Assembly (NCBI GenBank): GCA_015370545.1
Contig: GCA_015370545.1_3932.1
Source: a phage
Reading direction: 5' to 3' (one strand)
Length of the DNA stretch: 64,000 nt
Part shown: positions 10,157 to 19,325 of the stretch, in pieces
Numbering within the stretch: position 1 is the first letter of the stretch
How the letters are laid out: each line of letters opens with the position of its first letter
Position numbers and translations under genes: made by a program
The notes under the pieces: generated by a model
What the model was told of the DNA's origin: nothing
The model's database searches: none
The model's input: the letters and a program-made list of their open reading frames with translations, nothing else

Positions 10157-10609
10157 ATGTTAAGTTCATTTTACATAGCACTGACTGAGATTCTATATAA
10201 AGAATTTGGTACAGATACCATCTTTGACTCTAATGAGGCTATAAAAGCTCTCAGAAGTGGAAGTGACTGCCTAAGTAAAAGCCCTATAGCAAACATTCGG
10301 TATTACTTGACCACAATGCGTAAAATGGGGCTACTGATGGCTGTAAGTCAGGGAACAAAAGACTGTGCTTCTCTATACCTAAACCAACTAAATAAAATGA
10401 TGATAGAGAGCGACCCACAACTATCAAGACTACTTGATAGTGTTGACAAAACTAATAGGAATACAAGAACATCAAAACCAAAAGGTGAGTTCCTCCCTGA
10501 TGCAAAATACTTTATTGATGAACTAATGTTTGATACCATAGAAGATGCAGTTGAGTATTGCAAAAAGAATATTATTAAGTTGAAAAGAAAGAAAATTATT
10601 TGGGAATAA
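10157..10609 (+). CDS. hypothetical protein, tandem paralog 2
   Basis: 150 aa; paralog of 9659-10123. Confidence 0.5.
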   Translation: MLSSFYIALTEILYKEFGTDTIFDSNEAIKALRSGSDCLSKSPIANIRYYLTTMRKMGLLMAVSQGTKDCASLYLNQLNKMMIESDPQLSRLLDSVDKTNRNTRTSKPKGEFLPDAKYFIDELMFDTIEDAVEYCKKNIIKLKRKKIIWE

Positions 10610-10635
10610 AACTACCATTATCGAGAGAGAAAACT

Positions 10636-11517
10636 ATGAAAACATCTATCCGTGTTACAGTTCATTCACCAACTAAAGGAACTCATGAAGAAGAGTTTAA
10701 CATCATCCAATTTCCTTCTGGTGAGATTGGTGGACACTTTTCGCCAGAGTTTGTTGATTTCACTGCTTATGCAGCATCATCCATCAACAATGTGATTATG
10801 ATTGTAAAAGGTTATGATAAGGATACATTGTTTGCTGTGGCACTTGCTAAAGAAGCAATTGATGATTTAATTCCTCATGGTTATGCTTTAAAGACTGTCA
10901 TCTTTTACTACTTACCAAATGCACGTTATGACCGTCACATGTTTAAAGGCGACGCAGCAGCTTTAAAGGTTTTTGCTAAACAGGTAAATGCAATGGGATT
11001 TGGTGCAGTCTGTGCAGTTGACCCTCACAGCTATGTACCAGATAACCTGTTTAACTGCTTCCAGAGTATTCCTCAAAAGGAAATTGCAGTCCACTATGCA
11101 AATGACCCACTGATTGATTACTTAGTAGCCCCAGATGCAGGTGCTGCTAAGAAGATTGCAGAGACTGCTAAAGAGGTGGATAAACCATATATCACAATGT
11201 CTAAAGTACGCAACCTTAAGACTGGTGAAATTACTGGTATGCGAATCCTTGATGATGTTGATTTGACAGATAAAACCGTCATGATTCTGGATGATATCTG
11301 TGATGGTGGTCGAACCTTCATAGAAGCAGCTAAACATCTTCGTGAAGCAGGTGCAAAACGTGTGGAACTCTATGTAACACACGGTATCTTCTCTAAAGAT
11401 GTTGAAAACCTTCTTGACAATGGCATTGACCACATCTACACTACAAACTCTTTAGGGGAAGCTAAAGACCGTGGCTTAACACATTATGGTCAAGTTACTG
11501 TAGCAAACCTTGATTGA
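10636..11517 (+). CDS. Prs-family pyrophosphokinase (PRPP synthetase-like; possibly ADP-ribose diphosphokinase Adps)
   Basis: ILDDICDGGRTFIEAAKHLREAGAKRV matches the Prs PRPP-binding loop; start at ATG 10636. Confidence 0.75.
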   Translation: MKTSIRVTVHSPTKGTHEEEFNIIQFPSGEIGGHFSPEFVDFTAYAASSINNVIMIVKGYDKDTLFAVALAKEAIDDLIPHGYALKTVIFYYLPNARYDRHMFKGDAAALKVFAKQVNAMGFGAVCAVDPHSYVPDNLFNCFQSIPQKEIAVHYANDPLIDYLVAPDAGAAKKIAETAKEVDKPYITMSKVRNLKTGEITGMRILDDVDLTDKTVMILDDICDGGRTFIEAAKHLREAGAKRVELYVTHGIFSKDVENLLDNGIDHIYTTNSLGEAKDRGLTHYGQVTVANLD

Positions 11518-11525
11518 AACTTTAT

Positions 11526-11548
11526 AGGGGCTTAAAAGCCCCATTTTG
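11526..11548 (+). terminator. intrinsic terminator or attenuator
   Basis: GGGGCT-TAAA-AGCCCC hairpin followed by ATTTTG. Confidence 0.55.
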
Positions 11549-11562
11549 AGAGAGATTAAAAG

Positions 11563-13344
11563 ATGACTAAATCACTTTATGCAGTACCAGCAGGTTTAAA
11601 CGCAGATGCTTACAAATCTGGTCATGTTTACCAGTACCCTAGTGCAACAGAGTACTTGATGTTCAACCTGACACCACGTAGTGACAAATGGTTTAACAGC
11701 CCCTTAGCAATTGATGGTGTAGTAGCTTTTGGTATTCAACGTTTCGTTAAAGATTACTTGATAGACCACTGGAACGCCACTTTCTTTGAACGTGATAAAA
11801 AAGAAGCCATTGATGAAATCTTAGAAGTCATGAATGGTGTTCTGGGTAAAGATGCTATCGGTCGAGAGCATTGGGAAGCACTTCACGACTTAGGTTATCT
11901 ACCAGTTGAAGTATACGCTGTAGAAGAAGGTACAGTTGTTCCTATGCGTGTACCAATGATTGTCTTCCAGAACACTGTTTCAGGTTTCCATTGGGTAGCG
12001 GGATATCTGGAAGATGCTTTCTCTGCTGAGATTTGGAAGGCTTGTACCATTGCAACTATTGCATTGCATTATAAACGCATCTGTAAGAAGTGGGCTGACC
12101 TTACTTGCGACAATGACTTACATTTACCTTATCAGTGCCATGACTTTGCTATGCGTGGTATGTCCGGCTTTACTGATGACGCATTTAACGCTGTAGGCCA
12201 CTTAACCAGCTTTAAAGGGACTGATAGCTTCCCTGCTGTATATACAGCTAAACGCATCTACGGACAGTCTTACCAAGTCTCTGATATTGGTGGTTCTGTA
12301 CCAGCCACTGAACACTCTGTAATGTGTGCAAACATTGCTTGGGAAGGTGGTAATGAGTTGGTTGAAGAAGAAAGACGCTTTAAAGGTGAGTTACAAACCT
12401 TCCGTCGTTTCTTAACAGAAACTTACCCAACGGGTATTGCAAGTGTTGTTTCAGATACTTATAACTTCTGGAGAACTGTGTCAGAAATCTTACCAGCACT
12501 CCGTAAAGAAATTATGGAACGTGATGGCAAACTGGTAATTCGTCCTGACTCTGGAGACCCTGTACACATTGTCACAGGTTATAAAACAATCCACTTAGAG
12601 TGTGCTAAAAAGGCTTATTACGAGCACCTAAGTAAGCTGGAAGCCAGTGACGCAATGCTGAATGCTGTTCTGAACATGAAGCTTGAAAACATCAGCTATG
12701 GTATTGCTGGATGGCTACTGTCAGAAGGCTACGAAATGGTTGTTGACAGAGAAGACTTTGAAGTTGCTGATACAGTGCTGTTGAAGAACGCTTATATGGT
12801 TGGCTCTGCAAACGTTGTAACACGCCCTGTAGCAGAGATTGATGGAGCTATTAAGACCTTGTATAACATCTTTGGAGGAACTATCAACTCTAAAGGTTTT
12901 AAGGTACTGGATGAGCACATTGGACTTATCTATGGTGACTCTATCACGTTGGAACGTGCAAACGAAATCCTGAAGCGTCTGTATGAAATGGGGTTTGCAA
13001 GCTCTAACGTGGTGTTTGGTGTAGGCTCTTACACTTACCAGTACATGACTCGTGACACCTTTGCATTTGCTGTCAAAGCAACTCTTGCAAGCATTGGTGG
13101 CAAAGAGATTATGCTTGCAAAAGACCCTAAAACAGATAGTGGTGTTAAGAAATCTGCCTTTGGTGGTGTAGCACCTATGTGGGATGGTGAGAATTTGAAA
13201 GCTGTAGATGGCTACGGATTCCAGAGCTTTGCAGATGCACTTGACCACCCAGCTTGTGCTTTACGTTTAGTCTTTAGCAACTCTGAGCAGTTCGGTTACA
13301 CATCTCTTGGTGATATTCGAAATAATATTGACAAGCAGCTTTAA
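11563..13344 (+). CDS. nicotinamide phosphoribosyltransferase family protein (NAMPT/NadV-like; possibly Namat)
   Basis: 593 aa; N-terminus MTKSLYAVPAGLNADAYKSGHVYQYP recalled as NAMPT-family-like; adjacent to Prs-like gene. Confidence 0.75.
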   Translation: MTKSLYAVPAGLNADAYKSGHVYQYPSATEYLMFNLTPRSDKWFNSPLAIDGVVAFGIQRFVKDYLIDHWNATFFERDKKEAIDEILEVMNGVLGKDAIGREHWEALHDLGYLPVEVYAVEEGTVVPMRVPMIVFQNTVSGFHWVAGYLEDAFSAEIWKACTIATIALHYKRICKKWADLTCDNDLHLPYQCHDFAMRGMSGFTDDAFNAVGHLTSFKGTDSFPAVYTAKRIYGQSYQVSDIGGSVPATEHSVMCANIAWEGGNELVEEERRFKGELQTFRRFLTETYPTGIASVVSDTYNFWRTVSEILPALRKEIMERDGKLVIRPDSGDPVHIVTGYKTIHLECAKKAYYEHLSKLEASDAMLNAVLNMKLENISYGIAGWLLSEGYEMVVDREDFEVADTVLLKNAYMVGSANVVTRPVAEIDGAIKTLYNIFGGTINSKGFKVLDEHIGLIYGDSITLERANEILKRLYEMGFASSNVVFGVGSYTYQYMTRDTFAFAVKATLASIGGKEIMLAKDPKTDSGVKKSAFGGVAPMWDGENLKAVDGYGFQSFADALDHPACALRLVFSNSEQFGYTSLGDIRNNIDKQL

Positions 13345-13358
13345 AAGTATATGATAAG

Positions 13359-13382
13359 AGGCTCCTACGGGAGCCTTTTTAA
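13359..13382 (+). terminator. intrinsic terminator
   Basis: AGGCTCC-TACG-GGAGCCT hairpin followed by TTTT. Confidence 0.7.
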
Positions 13383-13397
13383 TTTCTGGAGAAGATT

Positions 13398-13733
13398 ATG
13401 AAAATCAAAGAGATGAACATCAACATTGTCTTAGAAGAACGTTGGGAGAATATTAAGAAACCTGAAGATGGTAAAAAGCTCCTTAACAAAATTTTAGTAG
13501 CAGCTAAAGAAGAACTGAATGGCAAGATTGCAGCAGCAGTCACAATAAAAGTTTGTGTAAAAGGTCTTCCAGACAACCACCAATTTGCGCTTGACGAGTT
13601 TAAAAAAAGCTTCTACAATCCAAACAAACAGATGCTTGAAAGTAACTTTGCAGTATCTACAAGTATCGTCCATGACAGAAGCTTTATCCTTTACAAAAAT
13701 ATGAGAGGTGAGTCATGCAAGCATATTGGATAG
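13398..13733 (+). CDS. hypothetical protein
   Basis: 111-aa ORF. Confidence 0.4.
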   Translation: MKIKEMNINIVLEERWENIKKPEDGKKLLNKILVAAKEELNGKIAAAVTIKVCVKGLPDNHQFALDEFKKSFYNPNKQMLESNFAVSTSIVHDRSFILYKNMRGESCKHIG

Positions 13734-13891
13734 AAATTTTACTGTCACTTGGTAGCGTAGCAGTGTTTGTTTACCTTCTTTGCAAGTACTTTGCAGAACA
13801 CAAGAAGTGTGACTACTGTAACGGAGAAGGGTATACAAGAGCAGGTTGTTGCCCTATGTGTGGCGGTTCTGGTAAGATGTTTAATAAGTAA
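13715..13891 (+). CDS. small membrane-anchored zinc-finger protein
   Basis: 58-aa ORF not in the supplied track; SD GAGGTG; N-terminal hydrophobic helix then CDYCNGEG...CPMCGGSG (two CxxCxGxG motifs). Confidence 0.45.
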   Translation: MQAYWIEILLSLGSVAVFVYLLCKYFAEHKKCDYCNGEGYTRAGCCPMCGGSGKMFNK

Positions 13892-13919
13892 TTTAACAGT
13901 AAACTAAGAGGAAAGTATT

Positions 13920-16286
13920 ATGCGCATGGTAAATGACCACGCAGAAGTGATTAAGAGTTCGACTTCTTTAGAGACGTCTCAAGCACAGATTACAATGACA
14001 CCTGAGATGTTCAGCCTTTTGAGTTCTGGTGTATATACATTTAAAGAAAGGGCAGTGATTCGTGAACTGTCATGTAACGCAGTAGATGCTCAGAAAGAAG
14101 CTGGAAAAGAGAAAATCCCATTCCATGTGCATTTACCTACTCGTTTTGAGCCTTACTTCGAAGTTCGTGATTTTGGAACTGGATTGACTCATGATAAAGT
14201 TATGAGTTTGTACCTAAACTACGGGGCTTCTACGAAGAATGACTCTAATGACTACATTGGTGCAATGGGTATCGGCTCAAAGTCACCATTTGCAATTGCT
14301 CAGTCATTCACAGTATCTAGCTATGTTGACGGTGTTGTTAATAAGTACTCTGTTTATCTTGAGAATGGTATCCCTCAAGTAACTAAGCTGACAACTAACC
14401 CAACAAAAGAACCTAATGGTTTAGCTGTACGTGTGGCAGTTGCTGACCACCGTATCTCAAAGTTCTTTGAAGAAGCTGGGAATGTGTACTCATACTTCAC
14501 TGTAAAACCAGAAAGTAATATTGAGTACGACGATGTATTAGCAGATATGAACGTCATTGCCCGTGAAGAAGGTGTTTATGATGCCATGATTCATAAGCAA
14601 AGCTGGCGTTCTGGCGCTAACAGAACAGAGTTTAATGTGGTGATGGGTAACATTGCCTACCCTGTTAACATGGAAGCATTACTTGGAGATGATTTCTTCA
14701 AAGTATTGCCAGAATTTTTCCGTAGGAGCGTAGACCTTGTAAACATCTACATGCCTATTGGTTCAGTTGCTATTGCAGCTTCTCGTGAAGCATTGCAGAT
14801 GAATGACACGACAAAAAATGTTATCATCGAGGCTACTAAAAAGATAACTGAAGCAATTACAAAGGATGTTATCAAGAAAGTTAATAGTCAACCTACACTC
14901 ATGGATGCTGCACAGGCTTATGCTGAGTTACGCTTGAACTCACGAGAGATGTTTAATGCTGTGTGTCCAAAGCTAGAGTGGGGAGGCGTTAAGCTTGATT
15001 CTCTGGAAGAAGAATTACTAAACATTCGTCGTGGAATTATCTACGCAGAAGACGGCTCAGTTATTTATGAACGTGATGGTAAAGGTAATATTAAGGTTGA
15101 TAGGAACGGAAACAACATCCCTAAAGTAGATTATCTTTATAATCCAGTTGCTTATGTTAAGTTCAACTCTTTAGAAAGTAAGATTCGTGCAACAGCACTT
15201 TCCTACACTCAAGAGGCAAGTATGTTCAATATCTTTGGCGTAATGCGCAAAAGCCAAATTGAACAGTTTTTGTTTGTTATCAATGACCGTCGCAATAAAA
15301 ATGGTACTGAGAAGACTGTAGGACGCAACCAAATCTTGCGTGGTGCATGTCGAGACTATGCCAGTGAGTCAAGTCTGTTTCACAGATATAATGGTATTGT
15401 CTTTGTATTCCCTAATGAGGAAGAGCTAGATGATTTAATCAATCTGCACAAACTTGATAAAAGCTTGTTAAAGATTGTGAAGATGTCTGATAAGGAACAC
15501 CATTACCAGCGTAAAGAAGCTGTAAGAGGTGTTGTAAAACTCTGGAAAGCTGTTCCAGCAGAAGGTGTAGCTTCCTATAAAGAGGTTTCAGAAGACTTAG
15601 ATACGATTGAAGAGCCTCAACTTTATATTAAGGCAGTAGGTGACACAGTTGATGGCGAATGTTTTTGCTCATCTCCAGAAGATGTAGCTAAGTCAGTTGC
15701 CAATGTCATTGAAAAGACAGTCTATGTTTTCCGAAAAGCAAATTGGAAAAAGATACCAGAAGACTGGATTGAAGTAGATGAGAAGCTCTTGAACGACAGC
15801 TTAACTGATGTTCACTGGATTAATCATAACAGGTATATGACACGTATCTATATGAATGGTGTCCTAGACCTTACAAGCAGTTGGATTATTGCCAGAAACT
15901 TTACGTTCAATAACAGGAAGATTTCTCGCGGTTATTGCTATTCACGAGACACAAACAAAACTATCTTCTTAGAAGGTAATGAAGATGCTGTTGAGGCAAT
16001 GTTTGGTAAAATCCAATACGTTGCTGCACCGTTTGCATACACTTACACTATTAGTCGGTTGCAAACTTTGAAAGAGTGCCTTGACAACGATACAAAGCTG
16101 TACAAGAAAATTAAGAAAGCTGGTGACCGTATGGTCATTAAGGTGACAAACTATCTTTCAAAAAGAAAACAAGAAAACTTCTTGCTTTCTCATTTAGATT
16201 GGAATAAAGTGTCACCCATCGAAGTGAGTAAGTTCTTAGGCTTTGATGTGAAGTGTGTTCCAGAAGGGACTACAATTTACGATTAA
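13920..16286 (+). CDS. rIIA: rIIA-like protein (GHKL ATPase domain)
   Basis: 788 aa; N-terminal VIRELSCNAVDA and FEVRDFGTGLT resemble the Bergerat ATP-binding fold; followed by an rIIB-sized gene. Confidence 0.6.
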   Translation: MRMVNDHAEVIKSSTSLETSQAQITMTPEMFSLLSSGVYTFKERAVIRELSCNAVDAQKEAGKEKIPFHVHLPTRFEPYFEVRDFGTGLTHDKVMSLYLNYGASTKNDSNDYIGAMGIGSKSPFAIAQSFTVSSYVDGVVNKYSVYLENGIPQVTKLTTNPTKEPNGLAVRVAVADHRISKFFEEAGNVYSYFTVKPESNIEYDDVLADMNVIAREEGVYDAMIHKQSWRSGANRTEFNVVMGNIAYPVNMEALLGDDFFKVLPEFFRRSVDLVNIYMPIGSVAIAASREALQMNDTTKNVIIEATKKITEAITKDVIKKVNSQPTLMDAAQAYAELRLNSREMFNAVCPKLEWGGVKLDSLEEELLNIRRGIIYAEDGSVIYERDGKGNIKVDRNGNNIPKVDYLYNPVAYVKFNSLESKIRATALSYTQEASMFNIFGVMRKSQIEQFLFVINDRRNKNGTEKTVGRNQILRGACRDYASESSLFHRYNGIVFVFPNEEELDDLINLHKLDKSLLKIVKMSDKEHHYQRKEAVRGVVKLWKAVPAEGVASYKEVSEDLDTIEEPQLYIKAVGDTVDGECFCSSPEDVAKSVANVIEKTVYVFRKANWKKIPEDWIEVDEKLLNDSLTDVHWINHNRYMTRIYMNGVLDLTSSWIIARNFTFNNRKISRGYCYSRDTNKTIFLEGNEDAVEAMFGKIQYVAAPFAYTYTISRLQTLKECLDNDTKLYKKIKKAGDRMVIKVTNYLSKRKQENFLLSHLDWNKVSPIEVSKFLGFDVKCVPEGTTIYD

Positions 16287-16298
16287 AGTGTTTGACAA

Positions 16299-16316
16299 GG
16301 GGCTTCAAAGCCCCTT
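16299..16316 (+). terminator. possible terminator hairpin
   Basis: GGGGCT-TCAA-AGCCCC hairpin; weak T tract. Confidence 0.35.
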
Positions 16317-16365
16317 AGAATAGCCTCACAAATTGATTGATTAACTAGCAAGAGAGAGTAATAAG

Positions 16366-17475
16366 ATGACTACTAAAACTAAAGCACAGATTGACGCAGA
16401 AATTTACAAACTGGTAAAAGAAGGTAAGCTGACCAAAACAGCTATTGCACAGAAATTTAACACTTCAACCCGTTCAGTTGGTCGTGCTGTAGAGCGTCAT
16501 GAAGCAACCCTAAAAGGGAATAAAAAGGCAACTTCTACACCAGCTACGAAGACTTTGAAACAAGTTGCTAAGACTTTTAAAAAGAAAGCTGGCAAACAAG
16601 TTGAAAAGGTCGTTAAAGACACTGTACAGAAAGCTCCAGTAAATAAACTGCACGAAGCTATGCAGAAAGATGACAAGATTGAGTACATGATTACTGGTGA
16701 TTCTGTAATTATGACTTATGGTTCAGAATCTGAAATTGTTGAGTCTACTCATCCGAACTATCAAGAGATTGTAGTTCATGTTGTGAAAGGTGAGTTCAAG
16801 AAAGCATTTGAACTGATGAACATTCGTAAGTCTATCGAAAACTTCACTCAGGGTGCTATCACAATCAAAGGCGACAAGCTATTCTACGGTGCTGTTGAGA
16901 TGCGTTCTACTCTGGTTGACCGTATTCTTCACATGATGAAAACTGGTGATAAAGGTTTTGAACGACTTGTAATGTTCTTCGAAAAACTGATGGAAAACCC
17001 ATCTAAAGATTCTGTAGAACAACTTTGGGGATTTGTATCTCACCTTGATGTTGAAATTGATGAAGAAGGTTACATCATTGGTTGGAAGAAAGTCTCTACT
17101 CGTGAAGGAAAGCTGGTTGACTCTCACACCTACAAAGTGCCTAATGATTTGGGTAACATTGTAGAAATGCCACGTTGGATGGTTGATAATAACCGTAACG
17201 TAACTTGCTCTCAAGGTCTTCATGTTGGCGCTTGGGATTATGTTCGTTGCTTCTCAGGTGATACCATCCTGAAGGTTCGTGTCCATCCACGAGATGTTGT
17301 ATCCGTACCAACTGATTACAACGATATGAAGATGCGTTCCTCTCGTTATGAAGTTGCAGCAATCGTTGATAATCAACGTAAAGTGCTGGAAGCATGGGAC
17401 GGTAAGACTGAAGCTTTGCATGTCATCGTTGGCACTGCTGGTGAACTCATCTCTCAACGTAAACGTGAAATCTAA
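16366..17475 (+). CDS. rIIB: rIIB-like protein
   Basis: 369 aa directly downstream of the rIIA-like gene; call is by position and size only. Confidence 0.5.
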   Translation: MTTKTKAQIDAEIYKLVKEGKLTKTAIAQKFNTSTRSVGRAVERHEATLKGNKKATSTPATKTLKQVAKTFKKKAGKQVEKVVKDTVQKAPVNKLHEAMQKDDKIEYMITGDSVIMTYGSESEIVESTHPNYQEIVVHVVKGEFKKAFELMNIRKSIENFTQGAITIKGDKLFYGAVEMRSTLVDRILHMMKTGDKGFERLVMFFEKLMENPSKDSVEQLWGFVSHLDVEIDEEGYIIGWKKVSTREGKLVDSHTYKVPNDLGNIVEMPRWMVDNNRNVTCSQGLHVGAWDYVRCFSGDTILKVRVHPRDVVSVPTDYNDMKMRSSRYEVAAIVDNQRKVLEAWDGKTEALHVIVGTAGELISQRKREI

Positions 17476-17490
17476 TAAGTAATTTCTTAA

Positions 17491-17516
17491 AAGGCTGCTT
17501 CGGCGGCCTTTTTTAT
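17491..17516 (+). terminator. intrinsic terminator
   Basis: AAGGCTGC-TTCG-GCGGCCTT hairpin followed by TTTTTATTT. Confidence 0.7.
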
Positions 17517-17575
17517 TTGTATTTTGTGCAGAGTGCTGTATAATTGTTGTCACGATAAACTAAACAGGAGAACCA

Positions 17576-18124
17576 ATGAAGAAATTGATTCTAGGTTTGT
17601 GCTTAATGTTTACAGCACACTTATCTTATGCAGTTGACTGCCCAGAGCTATCAATTAGCCAAAAAGTGAACATGTTAAAAGCTTACCAGTATGGTGAGAA
17701 TAACATGGGTAAAGGTTGGGGTATCACTCTAGCAGCTATAGCCTTACAAGAGTCAGAGTTAGGTCTGAAGGTAGAAAATAAAAAGACCCATGACTATGGT
17801 ATCTTCCAGAATCACTTGAAGACTGTTGTAAAGCGTAACAAAATTAGTCCTAATGTTGCTAAAAAGAAACTCTTAAAAGATTTTGACTATGCCGCAAAAG
17901 AAACACATAAAGAGCTTGAGTTTTGGACGAAGGTACATGGTCAGCCAAAGTCAAAGAAGACTTTACAAAAAGTTTTAGCATCATATAATGCTGGGTATTC
18001 GTACAAAATCCCTAAAGCTAAGAAATACTCTCAAGATGTCTATAACAATATGAAAGTTATCGCTCAATGTGAATTTGCAACAAACATTTCTAAGGTAAAT
18101 CATGAAAAAATTAAGAAAGTCTGA
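17576..18124 (+). CDS. secreted protein with lytic-transglycosylase-like motif
   Basis: N-terminal signal peptide MKKLILGLCLMFTAHLSYA; ALQESELGL...DYGIFQ resembles the SLT catalytic region. Confidence 0.45.
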   Translation: MKKLILGLCLMFTAHLSYAVDCPELSISQKVNMLKAYQYGENNMGKGWGITLAAIALQESELGLKVENKKTHDYGIFQNHLKTVVKRNKISPNVAKKKLLKDFDYAAKETHKELEFWTKVHGQPKSKKTLQKVLASYNAGYSYKIPKAKKYSQDVYNNMKVIAQCEFATNISKVNHEKIKKV

Positions 18125-18797
18125 TGAAGTCCTGTGCCACGCTTATGACTTGCATCCTCATGAGTTAGGTCTTGATTCCTGTGTATGGACTCCAGAACAG
18201 TGCAGGGATTTTGAAGACACTGCAAGAGAAGTTGTATGTTCACTGGAAGAGTTCCACACATCAGAACCAATTGTGAACGTTGTGGACAAAGAGACTGGAC
18301 AAACTATAGGTGTAAGGCGTGATAGTTTAGTCATAGTCAATAAAGACCTTGTAGAAAAAGGTAACCTCATCTTAGCAGATATTGATGGTGTTCTTACAAA
18401 TTTTAATCACGAAGATTGCTCAACGGAATTGACTGATGGGTCATTCTCACAGTACACTAATCTTCTTGACTCTGTAAGAGCAAAACCAACATATGTTTTT
18501 AGTATTATTGATGCAATTGCTAGTCATGCTGCCATTGGACTCTTGACAGCGAGAGGTGAATCTCAGAGAATACCTACTGAGATGTTTTTAAGGCATAACA
18601 TAGAGCATGATTACATGCTTTTTATGCGTGGTTTTGGAACTAACTCTATAAGTGCAGAAAGTTTAAAAGTGAGGATGATTCAGTCTTGCATTCTTCCTTA
18701 TTTTAATATAGTATGCTTTATAGAAGATACAGAGAAGAATGTTCAGAAGGTTAACAGAATCCTTCCACACATTAAAACCATGTTAGTTAAACATTGA
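18102..18797 (+). CDS. HAD-superfamily hydrolase-like protein
   Basis: LADIDGVLTN (HAD motif I-like), GLLTARGE and IEDTEKN; true start uncertain. Confidence 0.4.
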   Translation: MKKLRKSDEVLCHAYDLHPHELGLDSCVWTPEQCRDFEDTAREVVCSLEEFHTSEPIVNVVDKETGQTIGVRRDSLVIVNKDLVEKGNLILADIDGVLTNFNHEDCSTELTDGSFSQYTNLLDSVRAKPTYVFSIIDAIASHAAIGLLTARGESQRIPTEMFLRHNIEHDYMLFMRGFGTNSISAESLKVRMIQSCILPYFNIVCFIEDTEKNVQKVNRILPHIKTMLVKH

Positions 18798-18808
18798 GAG
18801 AAAAACTT

Positions 18809-19273
18809 ATGAACAATATCATTACGGTAGCACTGGACGATACGGCAAACAAATCTGAAGTAGTTCGTAAAATGATTCAAGGTAACTTTGAAGGTAAAAT
18901 TTTCCGTGCTGTTAATGTAAAAGCTGATGGTAGTATTCGTGAATATCGTGCATTGTTGAATGTTAAAAAGCACGTAAAAGGTGCTGGTTCAACGACTGCA
19001 CACAAAGAAAACCTGATGACTATCTATGATATGGGTAAGGCTTCAGAGTTAGGTGCTGAAGGTATCGTTAAAGAAGGTGCTCCGTATCGCTCTTTCAATC
19101 TGGAAACTACTCTTATGCTTTCCTTTACAAGTGGTTCTAAAACAATCACTTATCTCTTTACTGATGCTGCAACGGTATCTGCTATTAAGGATAGCACTGT
19201 CAAAGCTGGCGTAGTTGCTGCTGCAAAAGCTTCTTCGATGGCTGCAAATATCCTTGCTAAAGTCCTCGGTTAA
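18809..19273 (+). CDS. hypothetical protein
   Basis: start set at ATG 18809 after TTGAGAGAAAAACTT leader. Confidence 0.4.
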   Translation: MNNIITVALDDTANKSEVVRKMIQGNFEGKIFRAVNVKADGSIREYRALLNVKKHVKGAGSTTAHKENLMTIYDMGKASELGAEGIVKEGAPYRSFNLETTLMLSFTSGSKTITYLFTDAATVSAIKDSTVKAGVVAAAKASSMAANILAKVLG

Positions 19274-19284
19274 GGTTAAGATAC

Positions 19285-19306
19285 AGGCTCCTTCGGGAGC
19301 CTTTTT
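19285..19306 (+). terminator. intrinsic terminator
   Basis: AGGCTCC-TTCG-GGAGCCT hairpin followed by TTTTT. Confidence 0.7.
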
Positions 19307-19325
19307 CATTTCAGGAGATTGTTAA

